64,000 bases of DNA from Thermodesulfobacteriota bacterium. Lineage in GTDB: Bacteria; Desulfobacterota_D; UBA1144; Nemesobacterales; UBA2774. Below the pieces are notes generated by a model. It did no database searches and had not been told where the DNA came from. It saw only the letters and a list, made by a program, of their open reading frames with translations. A program made the translations under genes and the position numbers. The stretch is from NCBI GenBank assembly GCA_965216785.1, contig OZ244197.1, positions 352,001 to 416,000 of the forward strand. The letters run 5' to 3'. Each line of letters starts with the position of its first letter. The first letter of the stretch is position 1. This document shows, in pieces, positions 1 through 9,760 of the stretch.

Positions 1-443
1 CCCGAGAGAACATCGGGGTAGGAATCGGCCCTATTTTGAAGACCGACCATGCCTAAGAGAATGAGTGCTTTATCAAAGCTATCTTTCCTTGGCTGCCCTG
101 TAAGCTCGCTTGGAAGAGATACGTTTTCTATCACGGTAAGAGTGGGGATAAGATTAAAAAACTGAAAGATAAAACCTATCTGATCCCTTCTAAGAAGTGT
201 GAGCTCGTTCTCTGTAAGGCCCGAAATATCTTTGCCGTCAATTTCAATACGTCCGCTGTCGGGTGAATCGATTCCTGAAACAAGGTTTAGAAACGTAGTC
301 TTCCCGGAGCCGCTTTTTCCAAGCAGTACGACAAGCTCCCCGGCTGGGATTTCCACGCTTACGTCATGGAGGATATTGACCCGGTTTCCGCCCTCTTCAT
401 AGAATTTGCATAGACGATCAAACCGTAATATCGGTTTCTTCAT
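1..443 (-). CDS. ABC transporter ATP-binding protein (LolD/MacB-like), truncated by window edge
   Basis: Manual translation from ATG at 443: MKKPILRFDRLCKFY...LLGKSGSGKTT (Walker A)...IGFIFQFFNLIPTLTVIENV...YPDVLS; runs off the window start. Confidence 0.9.
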   Translation of the reverse strand, partial: MKKPILRFDRLCKFYEEGGNRVNILHDVSVEIPAGELVVLLGKSGSGKTTFLNLVSGIDSPDSGRIEIDGKDISGLTENELTLLRRDQIGFIFQFFNLIPTLTVIENVSLPSELTGQPRKDSFDKALILLGMVGLQNRADSYPDVLS

Positions 444-544
444 AAGATTTCTGAAAACAGTAAATTGAATGAAAATTTCGACCCGTATCGGTCAGATATT
501 AATACTGCTTCAAGTAAGTAAGGGTAATGGCCAGGCGGCCTTTT

Positions 545-1342
545 TCAAGGTGAATCCGGTGTATAGCCGTCTTCATGGATAGTGAAATTGAGCGTTTGTG
601 AGGACTCTGCGCCATCTGAATCGGTTACTACGATAAGGACTTCGAATTCGCCCGTGTCTTGCGCGCCGTACACCCAGGTGATGAGCCCTGTAGCGGGCTC
701 GATGGTCATCCCCTTGGGAGCGCCCTTCAAGGTAAAATCAATACTGTCGCCGTCAGGGTCAACGGCCTCGACCGTGTAGTTAAACTCTCCTTCGTCGAAC
801 AAAGAGCCGGGCTCTGAGATAATCTTCGGGGGAGAGTTTGGAATGACTATGCTGCCCTCCGCCTGCAAAGCCCCTTGGCCGAGCTCACTTACGGGAATTA
901 CAGCAACAGATAAGGTATCGCCCTTGGTAAACTCGTCCTGCCATTCTAATACCTGATCCGTGCCGCCTACAATTTCCTCTCCGTTTAATTTCCACTGATA
1001 TAAAAAATCTAAATCTCCTTTATTCGCGCTATCACTTTCCACAAGGGCCTTAAACCCTTCTCTTATATCAGGACTTAGCGTGGCTATAGTGATTGTGGTG
1101 ATCCTTGGGAGCCTGCCGACGCGCTCGCTTTCTTTATATGTGTATTCTGGGTCTGACTCGTATCCCATGTATTCCTCTTGTGCCCGAGGCTCATGAGACA
1201 CCTCTTCCGTCACCGTATCCTGAGCAATTTCAGGCTCGGGCGGGTCATCGCCGCCGCAAGCATATACCCCAAGTATTAATAGGGCTGCTAATATAGTACT
1301 GAAATTTATTGAAGAGAGACTTTTAAGTAAGCTTTGAAACAT
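545..1342 (-). CDS. Lipoprotein with Ig-like (He_PIG/cadherin-like) domains
   Basis: Lipobox LGVYAC; NSPPKIIS...AVDPDGD...APKGMTIEPATGLITW...VTDSDGA matches the putative Ig domain pattern. Confidence 0.75.
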   Translation of the reverse strand: MFQSLLKSLSSINFSTILAALLILGVYACGGDDPPEPEIAQDTVTEEVSHEPRAQEEYMGYESDPEYTYKESERVGRLPRITTITIATLSPDIREGFKALVESDSANKGDLDFLYQWKLNGEEIVGGTDQVLEWQDEFTKGDTLSVAVIPVSELGQGALQAEGSIVIPNSPPKIISEPGSLFDEGEFNYTVEAVDPDGDSIDFTLKGAPKGMTIEPATGLITWVYGAQDTGEFEVLIVVTDSDGAESSQTLNFTIHEDGYTPDSP

Positions 1343-1420
1343 CTTGTTGAACCTGCCATTTTCATGACATCATTTAAATATCATCCATATACCTAAAAAC
1401 CCCCAGAGTGTTGGAGCCAC

Positions 1421-2914
1421 TCATTCAATCTCCACCTGGAATTTCTCTACCCTGCCGCTTCCGCCTTTAAAGTTTATTTCAATTCCGTATTGCTTCTGCA
1501 TTTTATCGATGTTGTCTTTCTCTGATAATTTTAATGCTTTTATCACGTTAGAGTTAGCTTTGACAATAATTTTCTTTTCATTTCCTTTGGAATTATCTAT
1601 CTGCTTTTTTATCTCTCTGATGATTTCGTAGGACACAGTGTGGTGGGATTTAAGAAGCCCTACACCTTCGCAATAGGGGCAAGGCTCGGCAAGCTCTGAC
1701 AAAATGCTTTCTCTTAGACGCTGCCTGGTCATTTGAATGACCCCGAAAGAGGACATTTCAAGAACTACTGATCTGGAGCGGTCCAGCTTGAGCGCCTCGA
1801 CGAACGCCTCGTAAATCTGGTCCCTGAGCTTTGGGTTCCTGATGTCTATAAAATCAATGACGATGATGCCAACGAGGTTTCTGAGCCTGATTTGCTTAAC
1901 GATCTCGGTGGCCGCCTCGAGGTTCAGGCTGTAAATGGTCTCTTCCTGGTCCTTGCCGCTCTGGTATCTGCCGGTGTTGACATCGACCACCGTAAGCCCT
2001 TCTGCCTCATCTATTATGATATGCCCGCCCGACTTAAGCCACACTTGTCTTTTGAATATCTTTTTTAACTCGTTCTCTACCCCGAAATGCTCAAATATAG
2101 GAACTTTCTTCCTGTATAACTCAACCTTTATTTTAATGTCGGGGAAATTGCGTTTCAGGTAGCTCTTGATCTCTCTGTACACGGGCTCTGAATCAATCAG
2201 TATTTTGTTAATATCAGCCGAGATGAAATCCCTTACGGTTTTTATGTAAAGCTTGGGCTCAGTGTATAGTAATGTCGGGCGCTTTGCCGATTCGCTCTTT
2301 TTCTTTACGTTTTCCCATTCAACAATCAAATCCTTCATATCCTTTTCGAGCTCTTCGATGGAGGCCCCTACGCTCGATGTACGCGCAATTAGTCCCAGGC
2401 CTTCGGGCTTCATATCCCTTACTGCTTTACTGAGCCGGTCTCTTTCTTCCTGTTCTTCTATCTTTCTCGATACCCCCACGATGTCGACCGTTCCGAGCAG
2501 TACCAAGTACTTACCAGGGATGGCAATGTAGGATGAGAGTTTCGCTCCTTTTCCACCAACAGATTCTTTTAAAACCTGAACCAGAACTTGGAGACCTTCC
2601 CTGAGAATATCCTGTATTAACCCTTTTACTTCTTTTTTGGGATCCACTTCATCAGTGCCGCTTTCGAAAGATAAATCGTATAGCGACTCTTCATTTACAT
2701 CCTCTACAGAGATAAAACCTGACTTCTCTAGACCTATATCGATGAAGGCGGCCTGCATTCCGGGCACGACTTTCCCAACCTTGCCCTTATATATATTTCC
2801 GACAACTCGGGGGACGGACTCACGCTCTATATAGAGCTCCGCAACCGAGCCGTTTTCCATCTTGGCCACCCTGGTTTCGTTGAACGTTACATTTATTAAA
2901 ATTTGGTTATCCAT
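1421..2914 (-). CDS. rng: Ribonuclease G (Rne/Rng family)
   Basis: S1 motif GNIYKGKVGKVVPGMQAAFIDIG, DVNTG, GIIVIDFID, CPYCEG Zn-link; 497 aa with no long C-terminal tail. Confidence 0.93.
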   Translation of the reverse strand: MDNQILINVTFNETRVAKMENGSVAELYIERESVPRVVGNIYKGKVGKVVPGMQAAFIDIGLEKSGFISVEDVNEESLYDLSFESGTDEVDPKKEVKGLIQDILREGLQVLVQVLKESVGGKGAKLSSYIAIPGKYLVLLGTVDIVGVSRKIEEQEERDRLSKAVRDMKPEGLGLIARTSSVGASIEELEKDMKDLIVEWENVKKKSESAKRPTLLYTEPKLYIKTVRDFISADINKILIDSEPVYREIKSYLKRNFPDIKIKVELYRKKVPIFEHFGVENELKKIFKRQVWLKSGGHIIIDEAEGLTVVDVNTGRYQSGKDQEETIYSLNLEAATEIVKQIRLRNLVGIIVIDFIDIRNPKLRDQIYEAFVEALKLDRSRSVVLEMSSFGVIQMTRQRLRESILSELAEPCPYCEGVGLLKSHHTVSYEIIREIKKQIDNSKGNEKKIIVKANSNVIKALKLSEKDNIDKMQKQYGIEINFKGGSGRVEKFQVEIE

Positions 2915-2978
2915 AGAAGATGTGGGGTATATATTACTCTAAACTTTATAACGATTATTAAGTATAGTCCATAAGTTG

Positions 2979-3007
2979 TTTACATGAAAGCTTAAAAGGT
3001 GTAAAAT
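2979..3007 (+). promoter_or_regulatory. Putative sigma70 promoter of the LysM gene
   Basis: TTTACA-17 bp-TAAAAT; downstream SD AGGAGG at 3071-3076. Confidence 0.5.
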
Positions 3008-3085
3008 TGGATTAATGGTATTTTTTGCAAGCCATAGCTCGGTTTGTAATAAAGCCGTTCTGAAATAAGAAGGAGGTATGGTGGG

Positions 3086-4090
3086 ATGTACTTGAGAGTT
3101 GTACTCGCAATTTTCTTATTGTCGGGAATGGCCCTGGCGGAGGGTAGCCTGCCGTATCCGAAAGACGGTACTACGATTTACGTCGTCCGTCCCGGAGACA
3201 CCCTGTGGAAGATTTCAGGAAGGTTTTTCGACAACCCGCTGTTTTGGCCGCGCCTTTGGGACCTGAACCAGCAGATCGATAACCCGAGCCGCATATACCC
3301 GGGCGATGTATTATCCCTTAAAATTCAGCCTCCGGCAGATATGCCGGTTGTGAAGGTCGAGCCTAAATCTCAAAAAATATCATTTAAAGACATCGAGCCT
3401 CCGCCGCCCGTTTACTATTACTCACCAGGAGGGTCGGAAGGTTTCATATCCACAAACCGATGGAAGCATCTGGGAACAATACTCACTTCGGAGCCTTCGA
3501 AAATACTGCTCGGAACGGGGGACATTGTATTTGTGAACGTAGGCTCTGAACAACAGGTAAAAGTAGGGGAAAGATTTACCGTATTCCGCAGCTCAAAACC
3601 CGTAGACCACCCGATCACCGGTCGTAGAATAGGTTATAAAGTATCGATTCAGGGTGTAATAGAAATAGTAGAGGTACTCGACAAGAGGAAATCGACGGCT
3701 GTAATAATCGAATCCTTCAGAGAGATCACGCGCGGAGCGCGCATTAGAGAACACGAGCCATTTGTGAAGGAAGTAGTGGAGAAAAAAGCGGTTGAGAGGG
3801 CGGACGGGTTTATTGTAGAAACGAAAAACGCTACACAGTTGACCGGAAGGGGTGATATTGTATATATGGACATAGGTGAAAATTACTCCGTAGTGCCGGG
3901 CAACACTATGTCTATATACACGAATCCTCGTAAAGTATATGACCCCGACGCAGGAAAGCATGTAACCATCCCGGGCATCTTAATCGGCAAGATCGTAGTG
4001 CTCGATGTTGATGAAGAGAACTCAACCGGTATAATAACGGAAAGCTCAAAACAAGTTCAAATCGGAAATGTAGTAAGTTTAGATATATAG
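3086..4090 (+). CDS. LysM peptidoglycan-binding domain protein (secreted)
   Basis: Signal peptide, then YVVRPGDTLWKIS...WPRLW...NPSRIYPGD LysM motif. Confidence 0.88.
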   Translation: MYLRVVLAIFLLSGMALAEGSLPYPKDGTTIYVVRPGDTLWKISGRFFDNPLFWPRLWDLNQQIDNPSRIYPGDVLSLKIQPPADMPVVKVEPKSQKISFKDIEPPPPVYYYSPGGSEGFISTNRWKHLGTILTSEPSKILLGTGDIVFVNVGSEQQVKVGERFTVFRSSKPVDHPITGRRIGYKVSIQGVIEIVEVLDKRKSTAVIIESFREITRGARIREHEPFVKEVVEKKAVERADGFIVETKNATQLTGRGDIVYMDIGENYSVVPGNTMSIYTNPRKVYDPDAGKHVTIPGILIGKIVVLDVDEENSTGIITESSKQVQIGNVVSLDI

Positions 4091-4095
4091 AACAA

Positions 4096-4163
4096 AACTC
4101 GGCGGCTGCTTAGGTACTAGAATATCCTCCTTTTTAATTCTTACTTATCCGGCCGCCCGAGTT
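4096..4163 (+). other. Long imperfect stem-loop between convergent genes (possible terminator or structured 3' UTR)
   Basis: AACTC/GAGTT, GGCGGCTG/CGGCCGCC, TAGGTA/TACTTA and AGAAT/ATTCT stack around a 13-nt loop ATCCTCCTTTTTA. Confidence 0.6.
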
Positions 4164-4172
4164 ACTCACCGA

Positions 4173-4889
4173 TTAAGATTTCTGAGTCTCCCCTGTCATA
4201 GAAACAAAACGAACCGAAGTTACATCCTTTATATCAATCCCGCTATCCGTCTTTTCTACGAGCTTGAGCTCTTGACTGACATCACCGACTGGGATAACCA
4301 TCCTACCGCCGGTTTTTAATTGCTCTATGAGTTTCTTAGGAATACTTTCAGGAGCTGCCGTCACGATAATAGCGTCAAAAGGAGCATGCTCTTGCCACCC
4401 GCCGTAGCCGTCTCCGATTTTAAACTTTATCTTGCTGTAACCTAACCTTTCGAGAATAGAACGGGCCTTTACAGCTAGTAGCTCAACGATCTCGACCGTA
4501 TATAGATCGCATCCGGTCTCGGCCAACACGGCAGATTGGTAACCCGAGCCAGTGCCTACTTCTAAAATTTTTTTACCCGGGGCAGGATCGAGAAGCTCGG
4601 TCATGAGGGCGACTATGTAGGGCTGTGAAACAGTCTGGCCTTTGTCAATGGGAACAGGACTGTCTTTATAGGCTGATTCCCGATGGCTCTCGGACACGAA
4701 CTCGTGCCTCGGGACCTTGAGCATGGCTTGAATGACCCTACCATTCTGAATGCCTCTTGAGATGATCTGGTTCTCGACCATTTCAAAACGCTTTTGAGCA
4801 TAGGGGTCCTCTTCGTCGTATAGTGAAAGGAGGATTACAAACGTGAGGGCGTATAAAGAGAATACTTCCATATATAGAAAGGATACCAC
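4173..4889 (-). CDS. pcm: Protein-L-isoaspartate O-methyltransferase
   Basis: VPRHEFV, GQTVSQPYIVA, LEVGTGSGYQSA, APFDAIIVTAA, VRFV motifs; start could be ATG at 4871. Confidence 0.95.
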   Translation of the reverse strand: MVSFLYMEVFSLYALTFVILLSLYDEEDPYAQKRFEMVENQIISRGIQNGRVIQAMLKVPRHEFVSESHRESAYKDSPVPIDKGQTVSQPYIVALMTELLDPAPGKKILEVGTGSGYQSAVLAETGCDLYTVEIVELLAVKARSILERLGYSKIKFKIGDGYGGWQEHAPFDAIIVTAAPESIPKKLIEQLKTGGRMVIPVGDVSQELKLVEKTDSGIDIKDVTSVRFVSMTGETQKS

Positions 4890-4936
4890 TTAACGATCAA
4901 TCATTTAAGAAGGTTAAATGTAGGATATTGGTGGAG

Positions 4937-5890
4937 TTATATAATCTTTTCAATAACCCGCTTTGCACCTTCGTAGGGATCGATCTCGCCTGATTTTACA
5001 AGATCGTAAATCTTTTTTACTTCCTTACTCTCGAGCTTTTTACCGAACTCTCGCTCTAAATTCTCCTTAATAATCAAAGAGAACTCATCCTCTTTTCGCT
5101 TTTCTCTGATCTTCTGAAACCGCTCGGTACTGTGGAGATAATCCTTATGCTTTTCAATCTCGTTCTTCAAACCCTCTATACCTTCGTTCGCCTGAGCAGA
5201 GGTAAGGAGCACGGGAGGCTCCCATGCGTCTTTATATGATTTAATGGAGATAATGCTTTGTATTTCGGAGGCAAGGATCTTCGCCCCGTCTCTGTCCGCC
5301 TTGTTGACTACGAATATATCGGCAATCTCCATTAGCCCGGCTTTCATGGTCTGGACCGTGTCTCCCGCCTCGGGCACAAGAACAACAACCACCGTGTCCG
5401 CAACGTCCATGATATCAAGCTCTGTCTGCCCTACCCCCACAGTTTCGACAATTACGTCGTCCATACCAAACGCCCCGTAGAGCTTTATCATCTCGCTGAC
5501 CGAGCGCGCAAGACCTCCGCTAAGCCCCCTACTGCTTAAGCTCCTTATAAATACGCCGTCGTCCATCGAGTGCTCGTGCATGCGCACCCTGTCGCCAAGT
5601 ATCGAGCCCCCGGAAAATGGGCTTGAAGGATCAACCGCTATGACCCCTACTCTCTTGCCCTGGGCCCGGTATTGGCCGATCAGCTTGTCGGTGATGGTGC
5701 TTTTACCCGCTCCGGGAGGGCCGGTGATGCCGATCACATAGGAGTCATACGCCTTGGAATTTATGCGCCCAAGGATGTCCGGGAGGGAAGCGCTCCTGCT
5801 CTCGGCCAGAGTCATGAGCCTCCCAAGAGCAACCCGGTCGCCCTTTTGCATCTGCTCTACAAGCTTGATCTCGTCTTTAGTAAGAGACAT
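4937..5890 (-). CDS. meaB: Methylmalonyl-CoA mutase-associated GTPase MeaB/ArgK
   Basis: GITGPPGAGKST, AVDPSSPFSGGSILGDRVRM, VETVGVGQTE, NKAD. Confidence 0.93.
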   Translation of the reverse strand: MSLTKDEIKLVEQMQKGDRVALGRLMTLAESRSASLPDILGRINSKAYDSYVIGITGPPGAGKSTITDKLIGQYRAQGKRVGVIAVDPSSPFSGGSILGDRVRMHEHSMDDGVFIRSLSSRGLSGGLARSVSEMIKLYGAFGMDDVIVETVGVGQTELDIMDVADTVVVVLVPEAGDTVQTMKAGLMEIADIFVVNKADRDGAKILASEIQSIISIKSYKDAWEPPVLLTSAQANEGIEGLKNEIEKHKDYLHSTERFQKIREKRKEDEFSLIIKENLEREFGKKLESKEVKKIYDLVKSGEIDPYEGAKRVIEKII

Positions 5891-5898
5891 AGGGAAAT

Positions 5899-5927
5899 AC
5901 GATAATTAGGAGGCCGGTGATTGTCAA
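5899..5927 (-). promoter_or_regulatory. Putative sigma70 promoter giving a leaderless or very short-leader meaB transcript
   Basis: Minus strand TTGACA-17 bp-TATCGT, then 8 nt to the ATG; no SD. Confidence 0.45.
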
Positions 5928-5933
5928 AAGAAA

Positions 5934-6338
5934 TCATTTGCCCATTTTGAGAATAAGATCGAATTCCTTTTTGGTAACGGGCATTACCGAGAGCCTGCTG
6001 TGTTTTATGAGGGGCATGTTTTTTAGGCGCGCTTCGGATTTGATATCGGAGAGCGTAACAGGGGTAATAAGCGGTTTTACGGGCTCTATATCGACCGCTA
6101 CCCATCTGTCATCCGAAGTAGTGGGGTCTTGATAATGCTCTTTAATCACCTTGGCAACGCCAACAATCTCAAGCCCGATGTTGCTGTGATAATATAGGAT
6201 CTGGTCGCCCTCTTTCATCTCTTTAAGGTTGTTACGGGCCTGGTAGTTCCTAACCCCGTCCCAGTACGTCCAGCCGTCCTTCACAAGGTCGTCCCAGGAG
6301 TATGTGCCGGGCTCTGATTTAACAAGCCAATAATTCAT
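5934..6338 (-). CDS. EVE domain protein
   Basis: YWLVKSEP...WDGVRNYQARNNL...YHSN...RLSVMPV, a classic EVE/THYN1 signature. Confidence 0.93.
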   Translation of the reverse strand: MNYWLVKSEPGTYSWDDLVKDGWTYWDGVRNYQARNNLKEMKEGDQILYYHSNIGLEIVGVAKVIKEHYQDPTTSDDRWVAVDIEPVKPLITPVTLSDIKSEARLKNMPLIKHSRLSVMPVTKKEFDLILKMGK

Positions 6339-6441
6339 AGCATTATTATGTCCAAATCCCTATTTATTACAAACAGAGCCTGGCCGGGGCTCCACATATA
6401 GTTCTTTCGCTAGCCGTATATTACTGTATATTTATAGCGTT

Positions 6442-7122
6442 ATGGAAATACTAAAACGACCGGGACTTATGGTATTAGCGGTATTGATCGCGTTAATTTG
6501 CCCGTTTTCGGGCTTAGCGGATGAGGATGCAGCCAAGAAGAATATCGGTATACTCGAAGGAGCGGATGATTCCAGTAAGGAACTAAAGAGCATAGCGGTA
6601 ATACCGTTTTCAACAAAACCCGGCCTATCGATATACGACCCTGTGGCTATCGTTACACCTGAGGAAAGATTTCTTACTTTGGCGCTCTACGAGGCGCTCC
6701 TTACCGAGGTAACGACGGTGAGAATACTGCCCATCAGAGCATCGGATAATGAATTTGTGGAAATAAAGACCGAGTACCCGGGATCTCACTACAGAAATAC
6801 CGCGATTGACGTGGGTAAATCCCTTGGAGCGGACGCAGTGCTCGTAGGGACTATATCGGAGTACCGTGAGCGCGAGGGCGGGGACTACGGGGCCTTTTCC
6901 CCTGCGTCTGTTGCGTTCAGCGTGCAGCTTTACAGTACTGAAGACAAGAAGCTTCTCTGGGAGAGTTATTTTTCCGAAACCCAGAGGGCGCTTACCGATA
7001 ATGTATTCGAGATAAAGAAATTCTTTAAGCGGGGAGGTAAGTGGATTACCGTGGATGAGCTTGCGAAGGAAGGGGCGAGAACCGCCGCCATGAGAGTAAA
7101 CAAATACCTACTGGAGAAATAA
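6442..7122 (+). CDS. Exported protein, GNA1162/CsgG/LpoB-like fold
   Basis: Signal peptide; SIAVIPF...GKSLGADAVLVGTISEY...AFSVQLYSTEDKKLLW pattern. Confidence 0.6.
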   Translation: MEILKRPGLMVLAVLIALICPFSGLADEDAAKKNIGILEGADDSSKELKSIAVIPFSTKPGLSIYDPVAIVTPEERFLTLALYEALLTEVTTVRILPIRASDNEFVEIKTEYPGSHYRNTAIDVGKSLGADAVLVGTISEYREREGGDYGAFSPASVAFSVQLYSTEDKKLLWESYFSETQRALTDNVFEIKKFFKRGGKWITVDELAKEGARTAAMRVNKYLLEK

Positions 7123-7845
7123 GTGCAAATAATACCCGCGATCGACCTTAAAGACGGAAAGTGCGTGAGGCTGTACAAAGGAGAGGAAAGTAATGTAACC
7201 GTATTCTCGGAAAACCCGGGAGAGGTGGCTAAGAAATGGGAAGACGCCGGGGCGAGCATGATACATGTGGTTGACCTCGACGGCGCTTTCTCGGGAGAGC
7301 CAGTGAACCTGGCTGCCATTCAGGATATAGTGGACAGTGTTTCATGCCCGGTGCAGCTTGGGGGCGGTATTAGAAATATAGAGACAGTGAGAAAATATAT
7401 TGACCTTGGAATAAAGAGGATAATTATCGGGACAGCCGCCTTTAGCGATAAAGAGTTTCTGAGAGAGGCCTGTACCGAATTTCCGGGAAGTATCGCCGTC
7501 GGCGTAGACACTAAAAACGGGAAAATCGCCGTGAAAGGCTGGACGGAAGTAATTGACGCAGACAGCTCTGCCCTGCTTAAGGAATTTGAGGAAATCGGCG
7601 TAAGCGCAATATTAAATACAAATATAGACCGGGACGGAACGATGGAGGGAATCAATCTCGATCAGATCAGCGAATTTATAAGCGACTCCCCTATTCCGGT
7701 GATAGCCTCGGGCGGCATCGCATCGACAGATGACCTGGATAAACTCGCTACGATTGAAGAGCTCGGGATCTCGGGAGCCATACTTGGAAAGTCATTATAT
7801 ACAGGAACGATAGACCTTAAAGATGCTATAGAGAGGTACTCGTAA
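7123..7845 (+). CDS. hisA: ProFAR isomerase
   Basis: [44 protein letters not shown]; GTG start. Confidence 0.96.
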   Translation: MQIIPAIDLKDGKCVRLYKGEESNVTVFSENPGEVAKKWEDAGASMIHVVDLDGAFSGEPVNLAAIQDIVDSVSCPVQLGGGIRNIETVRKYIDLGIKRIIIGTAAFSDKEFLREACTEFPGSIAVGVDTKNGKIAVKGWTEVIDADSSALLKEFEEIGVSAILNTNIDRDGTMEGINLDQISEFISDSPIPVIASGGIASTDDLDKLATIEELGISGAILGKSLYTGTIDLKDAIERYS

Positions 7846-8603
7846 TGCTTTCAAAGAGAATTATTCCATGCCTTGACGTAAAAGACGGCAGAGTGGTAAA
7901 GGGCGTGAACTTCGTTAACCTTCGGGACGCGGGTGACCCGGTGGAGATAGCCAAGAAATACAGCGATGAAGGAGCGGACGAGGTGTGCTTCCTTGATATA
8001 ACGGCGTCTCATGAAGAGAGGAACACTATGATCGACGTCGTTGAGCGCACTGCAGGGCAGGTGTTCGTTCCTCTTACCGTAGGGGGTGGAGTAAGGACGC
8101 TCGAAGATGTAAGGGCATTGCTCCTGGCAGGAGCGGATAAGGTGTCTATAAACACCGCTGCCGTTAACAACCCTGAATTCGTTGCCGAGGCCGCACAAAG
8201 ATTCGGAAGCCAGTGCATTGTGGTGGCAATCGACGCAAGGAATACGGGCGAAGGGAAATGGGAAGTATATACGCACGGCGGTAGAAACCCGACGGGGATT
8301 GACGCTGTAGAGTGGGCTAAGAAAATGGAAGCTAACGGCGCGGGTGAAATACTGCTAACGAGTATGGATAAAGACGGCACAAAGTCCGGTTATGATCTTG
8401 AGCTTACAAGAGTGATATCGAGGAGTCTCAGCATTCCGATTATTGCCTCGGGGGGCGCGGGCACTCTTGAGCACCTGGCGGACGGCGTGAAAGACGGGGA
8501 AGCGGACGCTGTGCTTGTGGCATCGATCTTTCACTACGGCGAGCATACGATAGGAGAGGCGAAGGAGCACATGAAGGAAAGGGGAATCTCGGTAAGGGTG
8601 TAA
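7845..8603 (+). CDS. hisF: Imidazole glycerol phosphate synthase cyclase subunit
   Basis: [48 protein letters not shown]; TAATG overlap with hisA. Confidence 0.97.
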   Translation: MLSKRIIPCLDVKDGRVVKGVNFVNLRDAGDPVEIAKKYSDEGADEVCFLDITASHEERNTMIDVVERTAGQVFVPLTVGGGVRTLEDVRALLLAGADKVSINTAAVNNPEFVAEAAQRFGSQCIVVAIDARNTGEGKWEVYTHGGRNPTGIDAVEWAKKMEANGAGEILLTSMDKDGTKSGYDLELTRVISRSLSIPIIASGGAGTLEHLADGVKDGEADAVLVASIFHYGEHTIGEAKEHMKERGISVRV

Positions 8604-8615
8604 CGGGGCCAGTGA

Positions 8616-9665
8616 ATGAGTATTAGAGAGCAGACAGAAGAGATTGAAAAAAAGACGTTATCTTCCTTCGCATGTCTTAGCGTTAACTCAAAAGGCAGGG
8701 CCGAACCCGAAGAGAAGTGTTCCATAAGAACGGACTTTCAGAGGGACCGGGACAGAATAATCCACTCAAAATCATTCAGGAGAATGAAACATAAGACCCA
8801 GGTGTTTCTATCCCCTACGGACGATCACTATAGAACGAGACTTACGCACGTAATAGAGGTGGCGCAGATAGCGAGAACCATCTCGAAGGCGCTAAGGCTG
8901 AACGAGGACTTAACCGAGGCAATCGCGCTAGGGCATGACCTGGGGCACACACCTTTCGGTCATGCGGGCGAGAACGCTCTGAACGAAATATTCCCGGGAG
9001 GGTTTAAGCACGTGATACACAGCCTTAGGGTAGTTGACGTACTCGAGAAAGGCGGGCGCGGTCTTAACCTGACGCACGAAGTGCGCGACGGAATAGCAAA
9101 GCATTCAAAGGGGATGGGAAAACTAGATAACCCCAAATACAGAGCACAAACCCTTGAGGGCCAGGTGGTCAGGATCTCAGACCTTGTGGCTTACGCAAAC
9201 CACGACCTAGACGACTCTATCAGGGCGGGGATTATAACTTATGACGACCCGCCGAAAGAATGCATTGAAGCATTAGGGAAATCTACCTCTGAAAGAATAA
9301 ACACCATGGTTACCGACATAATAGGCGAGACCCTCAAAAACGGCGGGGACAAGATTTCCGTGAGCCCTGAAATAGAGCACGCGATGGTGGAGCTTCGAGG
9401 CTACTTATTTAACACCGTGTATATGAACGAGAAGATTAAGAATAATTTCCTTAAGGCTCAGAAAGTCATCAAGGAGTTATACGCTTATTTTTGCGAGAAC
9501 GAAGAGGAGTTCTGGGCGCTTTACAAGAAGAGCCCCAAGGAGGGTGAGACTCTCGAGCGCGCTGTGTGTGATTTTATTGCCGGTATGACGGATTCTTACG
9601 CAATATGGATATATGAAAGAATATTCCTGCCCAGGAGATGGCAGGGTGATATGAGCTCGTTTTAA
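8616..9665 (+). CDS. dgt: Deoxyguanosinetriphosphate triphosphohydrolase-like HD protein
   Basis: FQRDRDRIIHS..FRR..HKTQVF, RTRLTH, GHDLGHTPFGHAGE, CDFIAGMTD. Confidence 0.92.
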   Translation: MSIREQTEEIEKKTLSSFACLSVNSKGRAEPEEKCSIRTDFQRDRDRIIHSKSFRRMKHKTQVFLSPTDDHYRTRLTHVIEVAQIARTISKALRLNEDLTEAIALGHDLGHTPFGHAGENALNEIFPGGFKHVIHSLRVVDVLEKGGRGLNLTHEVRDGIAKHSKGMGKLDNPKYRAQTLEGQVVRISDLVAYANHDLDDSIRAGIITYDDPPKECIEALGKSTSERINTMVTDIIGETLKNGGDKISVSPEIEHAMVELRGYLFNTVYMNEKIKNNFLKAQKVIKELYAYFCENEEEFWALYKKSPKEGETLERAVCDFIAGMTDSYAIWIYERIFLPRRWQGDMSSF

Positions 9666-9760
9666 GATTTAGATAGTCAGGTAACCTAAAGGCTTTACCA
9701 AACTTCTTTATCCAATAAAAAATAGTAACGGGATAAATTGCCGATCAATGGAATATATGG

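Noticed and set aside
5934-6338. EVE domain as a modification-dependent defence component
   Set aside because: Standalone THYN1-like EVE with no nuclease, toxin or ATPase partner nearby.
8616-9665. dGTPase as an anti-phage nucleotide-depletion system
   Set aside because: Short housekeeping-type protein in a his/mqn gene run, not in a defence context.
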